Source of the DNA: a virus
Direction: 5' to 3' (one strand)
Virus record (IMG/VR): IMGVR_UViG_3300003375_000006
Span: 1 to 36,576 of that record
DNA: 36,576 nucleotides
Positions within the stretch are counted from its first letter, which is position 1, and the number at the start of each line of letters is the position of its first letter. The position numbers and the translations under genes are program-made. Below the pieces are notes generated by a model. That model had not been told where the DNA came from, did no database searches, and saw only the letters and a program-made list of their open reading frames with translations. Positions 14,775 through 24,116 of this stretch are shown piece by piece.

Positions 14775-17360
14775 TTATACTGAATATGCTATTGCATTAC
14801 TACTAATTGCTTTTCCTGCTGAGTAAGAATTTCCGGTCGGACCTATTGAAAGTGTTCCATTGGCACCAACTACATATGTTTCACCAGGAATAAGGTTTGA
14901 TTGGTTTGGATCAACACCACCGATAAGAACAAGAGTTTTACTTCCTGCTAATACTGCACGTTGTGCGTATCCTAGGAAAGAAAGAGTTGATACTCCTGAC
15001 ATTATAAACCCTGTACCCGATAAACCAATCATGTAACTACCAAAGTTAATAAGAATTTGTCCAAAAGTTGTTGAATAAGAAGCTACTCCAGCATTTGTAG
15101 AAGAAGAACCTCCTGAATAAATAAATTTGTAACAAGGGCGACTACCTGTATTGTTTGCATCATCTTGATTTGAAAATCCGTAGACATTTCCATTATACAC
15201 CCAACACTGTGAATAGTAAGTAGGTCCAGAGTTTCCCATAGGAATATTTTGTTGAATAAGGTTTGATACCGTTGTTCCTGAAATTGTTATAAACCAAACT
15301 CTGAAACCATACGTGGAAGAATTACTTCCCACACTTGAAAACGCGTAAGTTGTTGGTGTAATTTGCACCATATTTCCAGGCCATGTCATAGAACCACCAC
15401 CAATAGCAGAAGTAACGATTGTTCCAAATGAAATTACAGTTCCTGAAATACTAAGAACCCGCGCAGCAGCACTAGTCGTCGTATTATCAAAACCTCCTTG
15501 AAGAATTACACCTGCTGAAACTTGAGTAAAGTTTGCAAATGATGAATCGGTAAGGAAATAAGTTGAATCTGTTTGTTTTGTGCCAAATGTTGGAACTGTT
15601 CCTGAAATTGTACCGACAATATAGTTTGAACGTGATGAACCGTTTGAGAACACCATAATTTTATTTGTGTCTACAAGTACCAAACGAACGTTTGATACCT
15701 CGTTAGCGTCTGTATAAGCGGTTACAGGTGTACCTATTGTCATGACTGTTCCAGATACGGTAACACAAATAACATTTACTGCGCCAGAATGAGTATAAGT
15801 AACTGCAAATTGTCCTGTTCCTGTTTGAGTAATTACAGGATATGAACTAGAAGTTGTAAGGTTATTATCAAATGATCCAGAAGCAACAATAACTTGAGGT
15901 GTTCCTGGTGTAATAGTCATTCCATATTGTACAGAATTACAAATAACTGCCATTAAGTTTGATGTTGAACTATCTAGATATAAAAGTGCAAATTTATTTA
16001 CATCAATTGGAACTGCTGAAATACCTCCATTGAAATTTGGGATTGAAAGTGTTTTATTACTTCGTAACACTAAATCAACAGAATTTCCAACAATATCAGA
16101 TACACCCAGTTTTTCTCCAAGGGTTACATCGTTTGCTGCAACCATACTTGTAGTGTTTCCACCAATAAATGAGTCACTTGTGCCAACAATTTCAAGTAAT
16201 ACAAATTGTTCTGAGTTTGTAGATTCTCCGTAAATCGAATCACTCCAATTAAGTACTTTTTGATTGATTGGATAACTAGCAGTTGTTTGTTGGAGTACTC
16301 CCAAAGAATTGTATTGTTTTACAACATTTGAACCATTAAATCCATAATAGTTTCCTGCTGAATCTACCAAAAATAGAATTGCTACTCCTCCTGTTGAACC
16401 TAGGTTTGTTGTAGATACAAAAGTAAGCGCATTTCCAGCAACACTGTATTTATCTACTTCGTAATCATTTGCCGAATTTCCTGAATTGTAATTGAAAAAC
16501 AAGCTTTGTCCATCGGAAGTCATTTTTACTCCTGATTGAGTTCCAAATGTAATTCCAGTACACAAAGTACCACCAATGCTTAAATTGGTTGTGTCGTATT
16601 CATAAACTCGATAATTTGTACCATCGGTAAGCTGTACATAGAGTAATGTTCCAATTATTGCATATGCAATAAGATCGGTTGCAGTTGCCCAGTCTAATAC
16701 ATAATTTCTAATTTGGATGTTTTGTGTAGAAGATTGAATAAGGAAATTCCCACCATTACTTGCAGTTTGTTTGTTAAATGTAACTGTACCAGAATAAAAT
16801 CCTTCTGATGGGTTTTCGTAATTATCAAGAGTAAATGTTGCAAAAGATAAAGGTTTTCCTGATCCTCCTTGTGAGGCAATAAGAATTTCTGCAAAAGCTT
16901 CTGCTTGTTGCAAAATAATCTGATCTTGAGCGTTTACATATCCAACATCCGGAATTTGAGGAGAATTTGGTGTAAATGTTTGAAGTGCTGCATAAGATAA
17001 GATATTTGCAATAGGAGTAACACCGTTTAATATATTTACTAACATTCCAATTGAAACATAATCTGTAATAGTTACAGATGCTCCCAATCGGTGAAGTGAA
17101 ATAAGTGATGGGTCACTTGTTGTTGGGTTTAAAGGATCACATCCACGTACACTAAAAGTAACAGTATTACCAGAAATAGTACCAATAAAATACTCAGGGT
17201 TAGGCTGTCCAATATCAATAGATCCAGATATAAGTCCGGTTAATGCAACACCATTAATCATCGCAGCACTTGCCAACACGCAAGAATTATCACTTGCACC
17301 TAATTGTGCAGCAAGTGATGTTGAGAATAACGGTGGAGTTTGTGGGATTTGTAATGTCAT
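14775..17360 (-). CDS. large tail fibre/spike-like structural protein with internal ISGT repeats
   Basis: 861 aa, Ser/Thr/Gly/Asn-rich. Recurrent (I/V)SGT(V)..(F/I)GT motif at 5 positions. Lies in the tail module. Confidence 0.45.
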   Translation of the reverse strand: MTLQIPQTPPLFSTSLAAQLGASDNSCVLASAAMINGVALTGLISGSIDIGQPNPEYFIGTISGNTVTFSVRGCDPLNPTTSDPSLISLHRLGASVTITDYVSIGMLVNILNGVTPIANILSYAALQTFTPNSPQIPDVGYVNAQDQIILQQAEAFAEILIASQGGSGKPLSFATFTLDNYENPSEGFYSGTVTFNKQTASNGGNFLIQSSTQNIQIRNYVLDWATATDLIAYAIIGTLLYVQLTDGTNYRVYEYDTTNLSIGGTLCTGITFGTQSGVKMTSDGQSLFFNYNSGNSANDYEVDKYSVAGNALTFVSTTNLGSTGGVAILFLVDSAGNYYGFNGSNVVKQYNSLGVLQQTTASYPINQKVLNWSDSIYGESTNSEQFVLLEIVGTSDSFIGGNTTSMVAANDVTLGEKLGVSDIVGNSVDLVLRSNKTLSIPNFNGGISAVPIDVNKFALLYLDSSTSNLMAVICNSVQYGMTITPGTPQVIVASGSFDNNLTTSSSYPVITQTGTGQFAVTYTHSGAVNVICVTVSGTVMTIGTPVTAYTDANEVSNVRLVLVDTNKIMVFSNGSSRSNYIVGTISGTVPTFGTKQTDSTYFLTDSSFANFTQVSAGVILQGGFDNTTTSAAARVLSISGTVISFGTIVTSAIGGGSMTWPGNMVQITPTTYAFSSVGSNSSTYGFRVWFITISGTTVSNLIQQNIPMGNSGPTYYSQCWVYNGNVYGFSNQDDANNTGSRPCYKFIYSGGSSSTNAGVASYSTTFGQILINFGSYMIGLSGTGFIMSGVSTLSFLGYAQRAVLAGSKTLVLIGGVDPNQSNLIPGETYVVGANGTLSIGPTGNSYSAGKAISSNAIAYSV

Positions 17361-17386
17361 ATAATTATTATTAATAATAGCATTAA

Positions 17387-19804
17387 TTAACTTGATGGTG
17401 AATTAATTTGCAAATCTTCGTAATAAAGCAATCTCATTCTTTTATATCTAATATCCTTATATCCAGCTCTATCAACTGAAACATAACCTATATTTACAGC
17501 TTCGAATTGAAGTGAAATATATTCAAATAAATCTGTTTGGATAGGTATATCTAACTCATATCTATTGGCGTATGTAGGTGTAAGAGGACCTGATCCATTT
17601 CCTCCACCCACAACATTCGAACCTACCATTCTAGAACCAATTGTAACAGGAGACCCTTGATTTACATAACTGCCACTGCCATCAATAGTATAAAGATACG
17701 TATAATTTGAACCATCCAAAGAGTAAGATATTTTTAATTGTTGACCTCTTGAAATAAGACCACTCATATGGATAAACCCAACAGTTTTTAATCCATCCAA
17801 TTCAAGATTTTGTGGACTAGTATTGTAATAATTATTTATTTTATTTTGATTATCATCAAATCCTGAAAACAATTCAAAAACATTTACTGATTGAGAATCT
17901 CCTCCAAGTAGCACACCGTTAAAATCTGCCAAACAATTAACCGTATAATCTAATCTATCCCATTTACCAGAAATAATATTTCTAATAAAAGTAACATCAT
18001 TAAAAGTATCTACTTGACCATTTGTATAATTCTTAAAACATACAATGTCATAGTCATACCATCTGAAAATACAACATTCATCAAAATTATAACCAGAAAG
18101 GTCTAATTGATTAGAAGTAGAAACTGGAACGACTGTTAAATTTGTAGAACCTGGGGGAATAGTAAGTATTGATACTGTTGGTTGAGAAGGAATAGCATTA
18201 TTTAAGAAAATAATACCTTGTCCAGTAGGAAAAGCCGCTCTAGGAGACGGTATTCCAATTTGTTCAAAATAACTTTGATTACTTGTTGATGGTGCTCCAT
18301 TTGATCTTTTATTAAAATCGTCAACTGTGGTTTGCCATGATCTAAGAATGTGAAAAGCGTATTCTACCGCGTTAAACGGAAATACTGCTTGAGCTTCCCC
18401 GCCTCCATCATCCTGACGGAATGTTATAGCACTACCTGGATCTACTAAATTACCACTAGAATCAACACTAAAATTAGGTGTAAAGTCCAAAATACCACCT
18501 TGCGTTGCATTTTCAAGGTAAAATGAGTTAGTAATTAATGTTCCGTTTATTGGTGCAGTATTAAATGTTACAGAATATTGAGCAGTAATATAATTAATGG
18601 TACCCGTTCCACCTAAACTTCCTACCAAAACACCATTTTTATTATCAACAAAATATTCAATTCCATCCGTAACAATAAGACCAAAAGGTGTTGTAGGATT
18701 TACAAAACTGTCTAATGTTCCAGTAAAAGTTTTTGTAGTACCGTTTCCTACACCTGTATTACTCGCAGTTTTTTGCAACGTAGAAGATGGTGGTTGACCA
18801 TTATTAAATGATGTAGAAGTAAGTGTAAATGAATTATTTCCGTTTGGGTTTGGATAAATTATTTGTGCCAATGCTGGAGATAAATACGAACCTGATACAG
18901 TACTTCCGTAAATATTATATTGGGTTGCACCTGCAACATTTTGAAAATTAAATGTAATTGAAGAAATACCTGTGCCTGAAATAGTAATATTTTCCTCTGG
19001 TCCTTGTAAGGTTTCTACTCCTTCTGGGCCAAACATTGTCATGACGAAATAGTAAACACCGTTACCAATAGTACCTCCAGTACTATGTTGTGTCATAGTA
19101 AAGATTGGGGTATCAGCAGTCATTCGATTACCAAAATCTTTTAATTCTTGCCTATCTAAATGAGATACATACAAACCAGTTTGGTCTTGAGAGCCTTGGG
19201 CTCGACCATATCTATTCATTGCATACATTCTCGAATCATCAATTCTGGTAAAACCAAAATGAAAATTTTGTACTTCTCCATATTGATTGGGATCCAAAGA
19301 TAAATCATTTCCTTGATCAGAAACATATTCAGGTGCACAAACAGCAATTTTGTAAATAGAAGAATGTGGAGAAGTTACATACACAAAAGCACCTGCTAAG
19401 TTTTGGTAAGAAATAATTGAGGTATTTTCACCATTTGCAGCAGATCCTAAAATATCAGTAGTATTTACCTCTTGAGTATCATTTATTGATGCGTTATAAA
19501 AGTTAATTTTTTCAGCATATGTGTAAAAGGGAACTTGTTGTCCTGAGTTTGTTACACCAACACCTAAACCAGTCACTGATTTACCAGCAACATTTCTTGT
19601 TGTCTGACCAAGTAAAAACTTACCTCTACGGAGTTCGATATGATCTTGATCACGTCCGGTAATCCAATTAAGAGAATCAAAAGTTTCACCTGGTTGCAAA
19701 AAACGAATATCTTTAACAGCGGTATTTAAACCGCTCCAAAGTTTTTTCTTTCCATCTCCAATAATGAAGTTGGGAATTGGTTTTGATGATGATTTTTTTG
19801 CCAT
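17387..19804 (-). CDS. tail tubular protein B / nozzle-like protein (tentative)
   Basis: 805 aa. Size and position (after a ~250-aa protein, before the large structural proteins) parallel podovirus gp12-type proteins. No specific motif verified. Confidence 0.4.
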   Translation of the reverse strand: MAKKSSSKPIPNFIIGDGKKKLWSGLNTAVKDIRFLQPGETFDSLNWITGRDQDHIELRRGKFLLGQTTRNVAGKSVTGLGVGVTNSGQQVPFYTYAEKINFYNASINDTQEVNTTDILGSAANGENTSIISYQNLAGAFVYVTSPHSSIYKIAVCAPEYVSDQGNDLSLDPNQYGEVQNFHFGFTRIDDSRMYAMNRYGRAQGSQDQTGLYVSHLDRQELKDFGNRMTADTPIFTMTQHSTGGTIGNGVYYFVMTMFGPEGVETLQGPEENITISGTGISSITFNFQNVAGATQYNIYGSTVSGSYLSPALAQIIYPNPNGNNSFTLTSTSFNNGQPPSSTLQKTASNTGVGNGTTKTFTGTLDSFVNPTTPFGLIVTDGIEYFVDNKNGVLVGSLGGTGTINYITAQYSVTFNTAPINGTLITNSFYLENATQGGILDFTPNFSVDSSGNLVDPGSAITFRQDDGGGEAQAVFPFNAVEYAFHILRSWQTTVDDFNKRSNGAPSTSNQSYFEQIGIPSPRAAFPTGQGIIFLNNAIPSQPTVSILTIPPGSTNLTVVPVSTSNQLDLSGYNFDECCIFRWYDYDIVCFKNYTNGQVDTFNDVTFIRNIISGKWDRLDYTVNCLADFNGVLLGGDSQSVNVFELFSGFDDNQNKINNYYNTSPQNLELDGLKTVGFIHMSGLISRGQQLKISYSLDGSNYTYLYTIDGSGSYVNQGSPVTIGSRMVGSNVVGGGNGSGPLTPTYANRYELDIPIQTDLFEYISLQFEAVNIGYVSVDRAGYKDIRYKRMRLLYYEDLQINSPSS

Positions 19805-19810
19805 ATATTT

Positions 19811-20563
19811 TTACATTGGTCCCCATCGTTGTCCCCACCAATTAAAGTTTGGTCCGTTACCAATACCTCCAACAACCCCTGGGTATCTATCATTTTTATA
19901 ATCTACAGCATTATAAGAAGCAATATTAAGTTCCGTGTCCCAATTATCCATTGCCTGATATAAAGCCTGAGCCGCTTTATAGTTATCATCTGCATTTCTT
20001 GCTGCTACGTCATCATAACTGGTTCCAAGTCTCCATCGAGCAGCTGCATAGAATGCAAGCATGTTAGCAAATCTTGCCGGAAAATGTTTCCATGTTGTAT
20101 TCAATTGAATATCTCCGTAATCAGCAATAAAATACATCCAAGCTTTATAGGTTCCTGGGATTATACCGGTAAAATACATATTTCCAGCACCGTAATCTAC
20201 TGCATATCTTCCATACTGGAATTGATAATCAAGTAATGCTTCAAAAGGTACTTCGGTAATATCGTCAACATCTAAATTTCCATTAAACAAAAGTACTGAT
20301 CCTTCGTTCATCCATCTGACAAAATCAACATTTTCATTAGTAAGACTATTTTTGGTTGGAAGTGGTATTGGTGTTTGCCAAGTATTAGTACCATCAAGAG
20401 TTACCTCATTATTTAATGCAATTAACACTTTCCAAGGTTTCATATTTTCTACAATTTGTCTTTGAATATTTATCAATTGCAAAATATAAGAAGGACTTGG
20501 TGCTTGTCCGCCTAAAATAGTAGTTACTAAATTTACTAATTCTTGTCCTGTTGGAGGTGTCAT
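19811..20563 (-). CDS. tail tubular protein A / adaptor-like protein (tentative)
   Basis: 250 aa. ATGA overlap with the upstream gene. Call is by position only. Confidence 0.3.
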   Translation of the reverse strand: MTPPTGQELVNLVTTILGGQAPSPSYILQLINIQRQIVENMKPWKVLIALNNEVTLDGTNTWQTPIPLPTKNSLTNENVDFVRWMNEGSVLLFNGNLDVDDITEVPFEALLDYQFQYGRYAVDYGAGNMYFTGIIPGTYKAWMYFIADYGDIQLNTTWKHFPARFANMLAFYAAARWRLGTSYDDVAARNADDNYKAAQALYQAMDNWDTELNIASYNAVDYKNDRYPGVVGGIGNGPNFNWWGQRWGPM

Positions 20564-21561
20564 ATTCCTAGAAATGATTTAATTGATTGTAATACCGACC
20601 CAAAAAAACTTTGACTTGTAATACCTGATTTATCAAAACGACTGAAAATAAATGCACCAAAACCTTGTGTTCCTATTTGATTAACAATACTTCTAGGGAA
20701 ATAATAGAAACCTTTATCTCCAGCATTTGGTCCCCATGTTTGTTGAGCGACAATATATATTTGATTATTTATTGTCTTTTGACCTACCCACATCATAGCA
20801 TGCCCTTCTCCTGTAGAATTTGGCATTTGATCAGGAATAATACCATTTGGGACCTCTGTCCATTCTGGGTGCCATACTAATCCTATTAATACACCCTGCC
20901 TTTGTTGTTTGTGGATATAAAGTGCTGATCGTATATTATCAAAAAAATCATTAGTACCATCAACGTTAAAAAATGATAGGTCTTTAAATTTACTTGCAAG
21001 AGTATCCAATCCTATAGGATAATTAGCCCAATTTGCCAAAAAATCACGTGATTTATCAGATAATGACCCGGAGTACTTATAAGGCGCCAAACTTTCCTGT
21101 AATGACCCAAATTTTAACACTGAGAGGCAAGCATCTCGTATGTTAGCACCATATCCAGAGTATTTACCCATTAATTGAAAAATTTTAGCCATTTGATACA
21201 AAGGATCAAATGGAATACCCCACATAGCAGTTTGAATCTCTGCTATTGAATATGCAGTACAAAAATCCAATGCAACTTGATTAAGAATTTGAGGACTAAT
21301 AGCTGGAAATGTTAAGTTTTGACCTATAAAAATAAGATTTGGATTCGAAATTTTATTTAAAAAACAAATATTAGCAACTGATGTTCCAAATTTAACTGCG
21401 ATTGCCGATAAAGTATCACCTTTTTGTACTGTGTAAACAAAACTATCGTAAATAGTAAAATCTGTTACTGGAAGATTACTCGCTCCAAGCGATCCAAAAT
21501 TTTCATGATGTGAATAATCACGTGTATCAATTGGTAGTTTTTGTAATCCTTTTCCGTACAT
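20560..21561 (-). CDS. papain-like (C1-type) cysteine peptidase with an inserted LysM domain
   Basis: LysM: [44 protein letters not shown]. Peptidase features: LPIDTRDY..., candidate catalytic Cys in ALDFCTAYS, and [38 protein letters not shown], which parallels GGHAv..vGy...YWivKNSWG..WG..GY. Confidence 0.6.
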   Translation of the reverse strand: MYGKGLQKLPIDTRDYSHHENFGSLGASNLPVTDFTIYDSFVYTVQKGDTLSAIAVKFGTSVANICFLNKISNPNLIFIGQNLTFPAISPQILNQVALDFCTAYSIAEIQTAMWGIPFDPLYQMAKIFQLMGKYSGYGANIRDACLSVLKFGSLQESLAPYKYSGSLSDKSRDFLANWANYPIGLDTLASKFKDLSFFNVDGTNDFFDNIRSALYIHKQQRQGVLIGLVWHPEWTEVPNGIIPDQMPNSTGEGHAMMWVGQKTINNQIYIVAQQTWGPNAGDKGFYYFPRSIVNQIGTQGFGAFIFSRFDKSGITSQSFFGSVLQSIKSFLGI

Positions 21562-21587
21562 ATTTTTAAAGTTTATAGTCTTATAAA

Positions 21588-21719
21588 TTAAGCGTATTTA
21601 TTCTTTTGCTTTTTTCCAACAATTAATCTATCAGAATCTTTTCCTGGAACATTGATTGCTTTACTTTTTAAAGTAATTGTCCCTTTTGGCTTTCGAACAA
21701 GTAATATATTTTTTTTCAT
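21588..21719 (-). CDS. 43-aa basic miniprotein
   Basis: My own translation: [43 protein letters not shown]. It fills the gap between neighbouring genes. Confidence 0.35.
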   Translation of the reverse strand: MKKNILLVRKPKGTITLKSKAINVPGKDSDRLIVGKKQKNKYA

Positions 21720-21721
21720 AA

Positions 21722-22117
21722 TTAATTATCTACATTAATATTGTACTTTTTTTCTATGGTACTAAAACCAGTTTGTACTTCTTGTCTAATAAAACTTTTT
21801 ACCGCGATAACCGAAAGGGTCACTATGGTTGCTCCACAAAAAACAAGAACTGTTAATGCTGTCCACATGCGGACTTTAGATTTTGAATAATCTTTATCCA
21901 CAGTTGATATTAATTTAGCAGAACCTTCAATAAGCTTTTTTGCTTCTATAGACCAATCTTCAAGTCGTGTTACCCGTCCATTAGTCTTTTGTGCTTGTGC
22001 TTTGGTTTCTTTTCCATCAGCTTTAATTTCAGCCAAAACAGTGTCTTGGCTTTTTAAATGCTCTGCAATGGTATTAAAAGCAGTATCAAGTTCTCGTTTT
22101 GAATAAGGTTGATCCAT
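21722..22117 (-). CDS. membrane protein with a TM segment near the C-terminus and an N-terminal coiled-coil-like region
   Basis: Start MDQPYSKRELDTAFNTIAEHL... at 22115-22117. TM segment MWTALTVLVFCGATIVTLSVIAV. The upstream extension in the track ORF (to 22483) is out-of-frame overlap with the 22182..22511 gene and looks like junk. Confidence 0.5.
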   Translation of the reverse strand: MDQPYSKRELDTAFNTIAEHLKSQDTVLAEIKADGKETKAQAQKTNGRVTRLEDWSIEAKKLIEGSAKLISTVDKDYSKSKVRMWTALTVLVFCGATIVTLSVIAVKSFIRQEVQTGFSTIEKKYNINVDN

Positions 22118-22181
22118 AATTATTAAACAGTCTTTTTCATAAGACTGATAGGAAAACCAATTTCTTGGTTGCCCTACAGTA

Positions 22182-22511
22182 TTACGATGGCAATTGAGCT
22201 TCGAGTGTTTGGTCTTTAACAATTCGAGTTTGCAATTTAGCAATTCGAGCTTGTGCTTGTGCAATATCTGATTGGTAATATGACTTTGAAACAACAATCG
22301 TTTTCGTGGTAACAACCGACGAAGCGTTTGTATAAGTATCAAATTCAACATCAACACCATTGAGTACTCCTGTTGTTTGATTTGTAAGGGTACCAAGTGT
22401 TGTATCAACAGGTTTTCGTACATTTGCCCAAGAGATACCAGAGGCATGAGCAAAGGAAACACCTGCAAACAATACTGAAACAATTACAATAATTGAAAGG
22501 TATTTTTTCAT
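22182..22511 (-). CDS. secreted small protein with a C-terminal coiled-coil
   Basis: MKKYLSIIVIVSVLFAGVSFAHA|SG: a typical Sec signal peptide with an AxA site. C-terminus IAQAQARIAKLQTRIVKDQTLEAQ. Start moved to the MKK at 22509-22511. Confidence 0.55.
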   Translation of the reverse strand: MKKYLSIIVIVSVLFAGVSFAHASGISWANVRKPVDTTLGTLTNQTTGVLNGVDVEFDTYTNASSVVTTKTIVVSKSYYQSDIAQAQARIAKLQTRIVKDQTLEAQLPS

Positions 22512-22516
22512 AATGA

Positions 22517-24115
22517 TTATGGGCATGTTACTGCCGTTGGAACTAATACTCCGCTAGTAATTTGGATTCGATAACAAGCTCCACCTACCGTATCTTTTAA
22601 TACAAGACCATAAGCAGCATTATCAACGTAAAGGTCTTTAGTTGATTCTGTGGCATTAATTGAATCATTTACCATTACTTTAGTACCATTTCCTGTTGCA
22701 CCATTATCACCAATAGATATGTAAGGATTTCCTCCACCTGAAACCATATAAAGTGGGGTTGTTGAACCTGCTTGGAAATTGTATTGAGGACCATAGAAAT
22801 AAGTACCAGTTGAATCTCCTTCAAGTTGCGCACCGGATCCATGACTACCAAAATCAAAAGCATCCGTACTTGTGTTGTAGTTAAAGTTTGGTGTTGAAGT
22901 TACTCCATATCCTGTACCTGTATATATTGGAATTTGAGTTGCAACAGGTGTTCCTGTATCAAACAAACTTGTACTATTAAGTGTTACATTGACACGATTA
23001 TTTACTGCGTTATTTGAAATAACATTTACTTGTCCTGTTGGTGGAATAAAGTTAATTGTTCCTTGTGATGCAACTGGTGTACCAATATTTTGAATTGCAA
23101 TAGTTGGTGCATTACCTTGTGGTACCGCACTATTTGCCAAAATAATATAATCTAGGTCCCATTCCACATTTACTCCATTAGTACCACCTGCCATTATTTC
23201 ACGAAGTTTTTCAGCTTGAGTAATTGATCCAAACGCTGTTACTGGAATAATTGCTTGTTGCCATGTATTTACAATATTTCTTGAAATTCCATAGTTAAAC
23301 AAACTTAGAGTTGCACCTACGTTTGAACCAGTCGATGTCTGCCAATTTATATTAAGTGACTTATTGGCTGCAATAGGAGATGTAAATCTTACCCATTCAG
23401 TAAGAACAGTGTAATTGGATAATGTAATATTTGATGCTCTTGTAAACAAGTCTCCAGTTCTTCCATCACGTAAGTTGTCAATACATGTTGTGCCTTGATA
23501 ACAACTATTGGTCGCAGCAAAGTTTGTAGAACCAGTAGGAGTTCCTGAAACTGTATAGTTTGTTGGTGTCCAATTTGCAGTTGGATAATCAACATAAATT
23601 GGTTCCTGTGTAATTGTAGGCTGTGTTGTTCCGGCTTCAACAATTTCATATTGAACCAAAAGGTCGGTATCTGGAATAACTGGTGCAATAGGATTTGCTG
23701 ATGGTGTTCCTTGAATAATATTAACAGTTCCTGCTTGATTTACTACAAGTGCATCAATCCGATCATGAGTAGGATCAGGTGTTGCGAATGTAACCGTTGT
23801 CGGACTTGCTGTGTAATTTCCATCAAAAAAGAAAGAAAGTGCAGATACATTGTAAACGTATCCAGTACCAGACCAAGAAGCTCCACCCGAAATCAAATAT
23901 TTTCCTGTTTGCGTAAAGTTAGAACTTACTACCGGATTTTGAGGGTCACTATTATCTACTTGAACATTTGTTCCAGCAACTATTGATTGAACTAATCCTC
24001 CATTTATTGTTCCTAAAGGGTTGTAAATGTAAGCAAAAGAATAATTAGCAGAAAAACTTAATGAAATCAAAACTAGAAATACATATTTTAATGTGTTTGT
24101 GAGTTTATTCTTCAT
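22517..24115 (-). CDS. large fibre-like protein with an N-terminal Sec signal peptide (predicted mature N-terminus YIYNP)
   Basis: MKNKLTNTLKYVFLVLISLSFSANYSFA|YIYNP.... 532 aa, Thr/Asn/Gly-rich. Confidence 0.6.
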   Translation of the reverse strand: MKNKLTNTLKYVFLVLISLSFSANYSFAYIYNPLGTINGGLVQSIVAGTNVQVDNSDPQNPVVSSNFTQTGKYLISGGASWSGTGYVYNVSALSFFFDGNYTASPTTVTFATPDPTHDRIDALVVNQAGTVNIIQGTPSANPIAPVIPDTDLLVQYEIVEAGTTQPTITQEPIYVDYPTANWTPTNYTVSGTPTGSTNFAATNSCYQGTTCIDNLRDGRTGDLFTRASNITLSNYTVLTEWVRFTSPIAANKSLNINWQTSTGSNVGATLSLFNYGISRNIVNTWQQAIIPVTAFGSITQAEKLREIMAGGTNGVNVEWDLDYIILANSAVPQGNAPTIAIQNIGTPVASQGTINFIPPTGQVNVISNNAVNNRVNVTLNSTSLFDTGTPVATQIPIYTGTGYGVTSTPNFNYNTSTDAFDFGSHGSGAQLEGDSTGTYFYGPQYNFQAGSTTPLYMVSGGGNPYISIGDNGATGNGTKVMVNDSINATESTKDLYVDNAAYGLVLKDTVGGACYRIQITSGVLVPTAVTCP

Positions 24116-24116
24116 A

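Noticed and set aside
21722-22483. 253-aa ORF overlapping the 22182..22526 gene
   Set aside because: The first 122 codons are an alternative frame of the signal-peptide protein gene and have a Leu/Gln/His-rich, junk-like composition. Trimmed to the MDQPY start at 22117.
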